Positions 62,797 through 64,000 of a stretch of 64,000 nt of DNA are shown one piece after another. Location of the stretch: contig OX442314.1 of NCBI GenBank assembly GCA_949358305.1, positions 32,550,001 through 32,614,000 of the forward strand, written 5' to 3'. The stretch's first letter is position 1. Each line of letters begins with the position of its first letter. The translations under genes and the position numbers were made by a program. The DNA comes from Strigamia acuminata. Taxonomy: Eukaryota. Under the pieces are notes generated by a model. That model ran no database searches. It saw only the letters and a program-made list of their open reading frames with translations, and had not been told where the DNA came from.

Positions 62797-64000
62797 GTAT
62801 TCGAGTTGTTACGAGTTCGTATTTTGATCGTATTCGTATTCGAATCGAATTCGAATCGTATTCGAATCGAATACGAATCGAATTCGAGTCGTATTCGAGA
62901 TGGTCGATGATTTCCACTCGCTCGTATACGCGTTGTATACGAGCTCGTATTTTGATCGTAATCGTAAACGAATCGTTTACAAGTCGTATACAAGTTGTAT
63001 ACGACGTGTATACACCTCGTATACGAACGAAGTTTGTGAAAACACAATTTCCAAATAAGACGTATGTGACTACTATGTGTTTTCATGTCGTAGTAAGTAT
63101 CCGGTGGATTTTCCAAACTTCGTTCGTATACGAGGTGTATACACGTCGTATACAACTTGTATACGACTTGTAAACGATTCGTTTACGATTACGATCAAAA
63201 TACGAGCTCGTATACAACGCGTATACGAGCGAGTGGAAATCATCGACCATCTCGAATGCGACTCGAATACGATTCGAATACATCTCGAATACATCTCGAA
63301 TACGAGTCGTACGAGTCAAAGTCCGGGAACGGGTCATCGTATTCGAGTTGTTACGAGTTCGTATTTTGATCGTATTCGTATTCGAATCGAATTCGAATCG
63401 TATTCGAATCGAATACGAATCGAATTCGAGTCGTATTCGAGATGGTCGATGATTTCCACTCGCTCGTATACGCGTTGTATACGAGCTCGTATTTTGATCG
63501 TAATCGTAAACGAATCGTTTACAAGTCGTATACAAGTTGTATACGACGTGTATACACCTCGTATACGAACGAAGTTTGTGAAAACACAATTTCCAAATAA
63601 GACGTATGTGACTACTATGTGTTTTCATGTCGTAGTAAGTATCCGGTGGATTTTCCAAACTTCGTTCGTATACGAGGTGTATACACGTCGTATACAACTT
63701 GTATACGACTTGTAAACGATTCGTTTACGATTACGATCAAAATACGAGCTCGTATACAACGCGTATACGAGCGAGTGGAAATCATCGACCATCTCGAATG
63801 CGACTCGAATACGATTCGAATACATCTCGAATACATCTCGAATACGAGTCGTACGAGTCAAAGTCCGGGAACGGGTCATCGTATTCGAGTTGTTACGAGT
63901 TCGTATTTTGATCGTATTCGTATTCGAATCGAATTCGAATCGTATTCGAATCGAATACGAATCGAATTCGAGTCGTATTCGAGATGGTCGATGATTTCCA
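62797..64000. repeat. 542-bp tandem repeat, each unit with a ~155-bp near-perfect inverted repeat
   Basis: Identical sequence at a 542-nt offset (e.g. 63073 and 63615); 62881-63035 is the reverse complement of ~63115-63270; runs off the window end. Confidence 0.95.

Larger units (their letters stand above)
4842..64000. mobile_element. Putative giant piggyBac-transposase-bearing element or endogenous virus-like block (right end not seen)
   Basis: TTAA followed by CCCTT at 4842-4850 near a compositional switch. Internal intact piggyBac transposase, TK, paralogous cargo genes, shared repeat families from 9.1 to 57 kb, and uniform CpG-rich exons with microsatellite-rich introns. Confidence 0.5.

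Noticed and set aside
61158..63911. Long ORFs (671, 533, 468 aa and others)
   Set aside because: Products of stop-poor satellite repeats that are open in several frames.

Overview
Eukaryotic, probably insect, genomic DNA with two compartments. (1) Positions 1 to about 4,800 are AT-rich and host-like, with a divergent ionotropic-receptor-like gene (one exon duplicated) and an intronless SRPK-family kinase. (2) From a piggyBac-type end motif (TTAA|CCCTTCGAAG at 4842) to the window end lies a ~59 kb CpG-rich block that reads as one giant mobile or viral-like element. It carries: an intact six-exon piggyBac transposase with no local TIRs seen; a TK1-type thymidine kinase plus a decayed copy; a retropepsin-like ORF lacking the catalytic Asp; spliced zinc-finger/PHD and coiled-coil nuclear proteins with PxVxL and ALDLS motifs; two A/B-box Pol III-like elements; and a terminal palindrome/satellite complex. 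The most striking signal is about 15-16 dispersed non-coding cassettes with one grammar: a conserved upstream motif about 63 nt before an A, a variable but strongly base-paired RNA body, a GGGG...CCCC terminal hairpin, and a GTYCCAAAA(A)TAAG box about 9 nt downstream. This is the layout of snRNA-type Pol II genes, suggesting an element-encoded small-RNA repertoire. No capsid, DNA polymerase or terminase was recognised and no matching right end was found, so the element's nature is inferred. Gene models, alignments and base-pairing were read by eye.
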